The notes under the pieces: model-generated
Told to the model about the DNA's origin: nothing
What the model saw: the letters and a program-made list of their open reading frames with translations, nothing else
Databases searched by the model: none
Made by a program: the position numbers and the translations under genes
Shown here: positions 62,291 to 64,000 of the stretch, piece by piece
Numbering within the stretch: position 1 is the stretch's first letter
How the letters are laid out: every line of letters starts with the position of its first letter
Origin: an uncultured Acidobacteriota bacterium
GTDB lineage: Bacteria > Acidobacteriota > Thermoanaerobaculia > Multivoradales > Multivoraceae
DNA: 64,000 nt
Direction of reading: 5' to 3'
NCBI GenBank assembly: GCA_963851415.1
Contig: CAWKPF010000003.1
Span: 2,184,097-2,248,096 of the forward strand

Positions 62291-63832
62291 ATGAGCGCCC
62301 TGCCCTCGCCGCCCGAGACCGAGACTTCCACCGGGCCCCTCCGGCGGCCCGCCCACGCTCTCGATGCCGGTCCTCTCGGGGCCTGCCTCCCCCGCCTCTC
62401 CCTGCTCTACGTCTGCCTTCTCGGCATCTTCCTCCTCTGCGTCTCCCTTCTTTGGCCCTCTCCGCTCTCGGCGCAAGACTTCACACCGGACTGGTCGGCT
62501 CTGGAGCAAGAGACCCTGGATCATTTTCGTGCGCTGGTGCGCTTCGACACCAGCGACCCGCCCCTCGAGCCACCCGGCGGAGAGAAGCCGGCTGCCGACT
62601 ATCTGAAGAAGGTGCTCGAAGCCGAAGGCATTCCCGTAGAGCTCTTCTCGGTCGATCCCAGGCGCCCGAACGTGGTGGCCCGCCTCGAGGGCAGCGGCAA
62701 GAAACGGCCCATCCTGATCATGGCCCACACCGACACCGTCAACGTCGACCCGGAGAAGTGGACCCATCCACCCTTCGGTGCGGTGGTCGATGGCGGCTAC
62801 GTGTACGGGCGTGGCACCGTCGACGACAAGGACAACGTGGCTGCGGGCCTCATGGTGATGCTCACGCTCAAACGACTGAACGTCCCGCTCGACCGCGATG
62901 TGATCTTCCTGGCCGAGGCCGGCGAGGAGGGCGCAACGCAGTTCGGGATCCAGTTCATGGTCGAACAACACCTGGACAAGATCGACGCCGAGTACTGCTT
63001 TGCCGAAGGGGGGCAGGTCACACGAATCGGCGGCGAGGTGCGCTACGCACAGGTGCAGACGCTGGAGAAGATTCCCTACCGCATCGAGCTGACGGCCCGG
63101 GGTGTCGCCGGGCACGGCTCCGTCCCCCTCAAGACCAATTCGGTGACTCGGCTCGCCAAAGCCGTCGCTGCGATCGCCGACTGGCGCTCGCCCATCCGAC
63201 TGAACGAGACCACGAGTGCCTACTTCGAGCGCCTCGCCACCATCTCCTCGCCCGACGACGCCGCCAGATATCGAGCGCTCCAGGACCCCGAGACCGCCGA
63301 CGCTGTCGACGAGTACTTTCTCGAGCACGAGCCGAAACACGCCTCGATGCTTCGCACCTCGACTTCGCCCAACATCATCGGCGGAGGCTACCGAATCAAC
63401 GTCATCCCGTCAGAGTCCAAAGCCAGCGTCGACACGCGTGCCCTTCCCGATGAAGACATCGAGGCGTTCCTCGACCAGGTGCGTGAGGTGATCGACGACG
63501 AAGCGGTCGAAGTCTCCCTCGGCGTGCGCAACACCCGGCCCGGCTCCGGGGACGCACGGCTCGACACCGAGGCTTTCCGGGTGATCGAGGCCGCTGTCGC
63601 GAAGCACTACGACACGCTCGCGCTCCCCACGATGAGCACGGGCGCCACCGACATGGCGTTCCTCCGCGCCCAAGGCATCCAGAGCTACGGCATCGGCCCC
63701 GCCCGAGACCTCGAGGACGGCCCCAAGGGATTCGGCGCACACAGCGACCAGGAGCGCATCGTCATCGACGAGCTGCACCGCTTCGTGCGCTTCCACTACG
63801 ACATCGTGCTCGAGATGGCGAAGGCCGACTAG
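62291..63832 (+). CDS. M20/M25/M40 family metallopeptidase (secreted)
   Basis: AHTDTV, GRGTVDDK, AGEEG, AEGG, GHGS, GATD and AHSDQER. AAGGAG RBS. Confidence 0.93.
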   Translation: MSALPSPPETETSTGPLRRPAHALDAGPLGACLPRLSLLYVCLLGIFLLCVSLLWPSPLSAQDFTPDWSALEQETLDHFRALVRFDTSDPPLEPPGGEKPAADYLKKVLEAEGIPVELFSVDPRRPNVVARLEGSGKKRPILIMAHTDTVNVDPEKWTHPPFGAVVDGGYVYGRGTVDDKDNVAAGLMVMLTLKRLNVPLDRDVIFLAEAGEEGATQFGIQFMVEQHLDKIDAEYCFAEGGQVTRIGGEVRYAQVQTLEKIPYRIELTARGVAGHGSVPLKTNSVTRLAKAVAAIADWRSPIRLNETTSAYFERLATISSPDDAARYRALQDPETADAVDEYFLEHEPKHASMLRTSTSPNIIGGGYRINVIPSESKASVDTRALPDEDIEAFLDQVREVIDDEAVEVSLGVRNTRPGSGDARLDTEAFRVIEAAVAKHYDTLALPTMSTGATDMAFLRAQGIQSYGIGPARDLEDGPKGFGAHSDQERIVIDELHRFVRFHYDIVLEMAKAD

Positions 63833-63890
63833 AAGTCTTGGCCTCGGGAGGTTGTACCAAAGAAATCAAGTTTTGCGAGGCCAAGACTTC
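63832..63890. repeat. Perfect 15-bp inverted repeat around a 29-bp AT-rich spacer
   Basis: GAAGTCTTGGCCTCG (63832-63846) / CGAGGCCAAGACTTC (63876-63890). Confidence 0.8.
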
Positions 63891-64000
63891 CGAGCAGCGC
63901 CGCTTGCGGCGCTTGGCGGGAAACGCGCTAGCTGGGGACCGTGCTACCTGAGCACGGGATCCCGCTAGCCCTTCGTCCAGGAGACGAGCCTCGATCGTCC

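Overview
A gene-dense, GC-rich (roughly two-thirds G+C by eye) bacterial chromosomal segment. An acidobacterial-type PadR regulator plus three ADOP-type duplicated permeases point to Acidobacteriota or a similar lineage (inference). About 47 CDS encode mostly envelope, transport and secreted hydrolytic proteins. These include an RND pump, a sodium:solute symporter, YfcC, MFS, a PlpD-like patatin autotransporter, AsmA, an arylsulfotransferase, DUF885, M20 and C1 peptidases, MenB, a SWIM-SNF2 helicase and a heme oxygenase. I found no rRNA, tRNA, CRISPR array, transposase or integrase. The leading candidates for undescribed biology are five. (1) A sugar locus combines a symporter, GalT, an IMPase-family phosphatase, a plant-ARA1-like GHMP kinase and a GT9. 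(2) A pseudo-receiver-PAS-PAS-Ser/Thr kinase hybrid is followed by a structured 540-bp intergenic region and the SNF2 helicase. (3) An unannotated 37-aa membrane microprotein sits directly before the heme oxygenase. (4) Two His-cluster TPR paralogues may be metalloproteins. (5) A papain-like protease is fused to an alpha/beta hydrolase. One ADOP gene has a homopolymer frameshift. All family calls come from motif recognition by eye, not from database searches.
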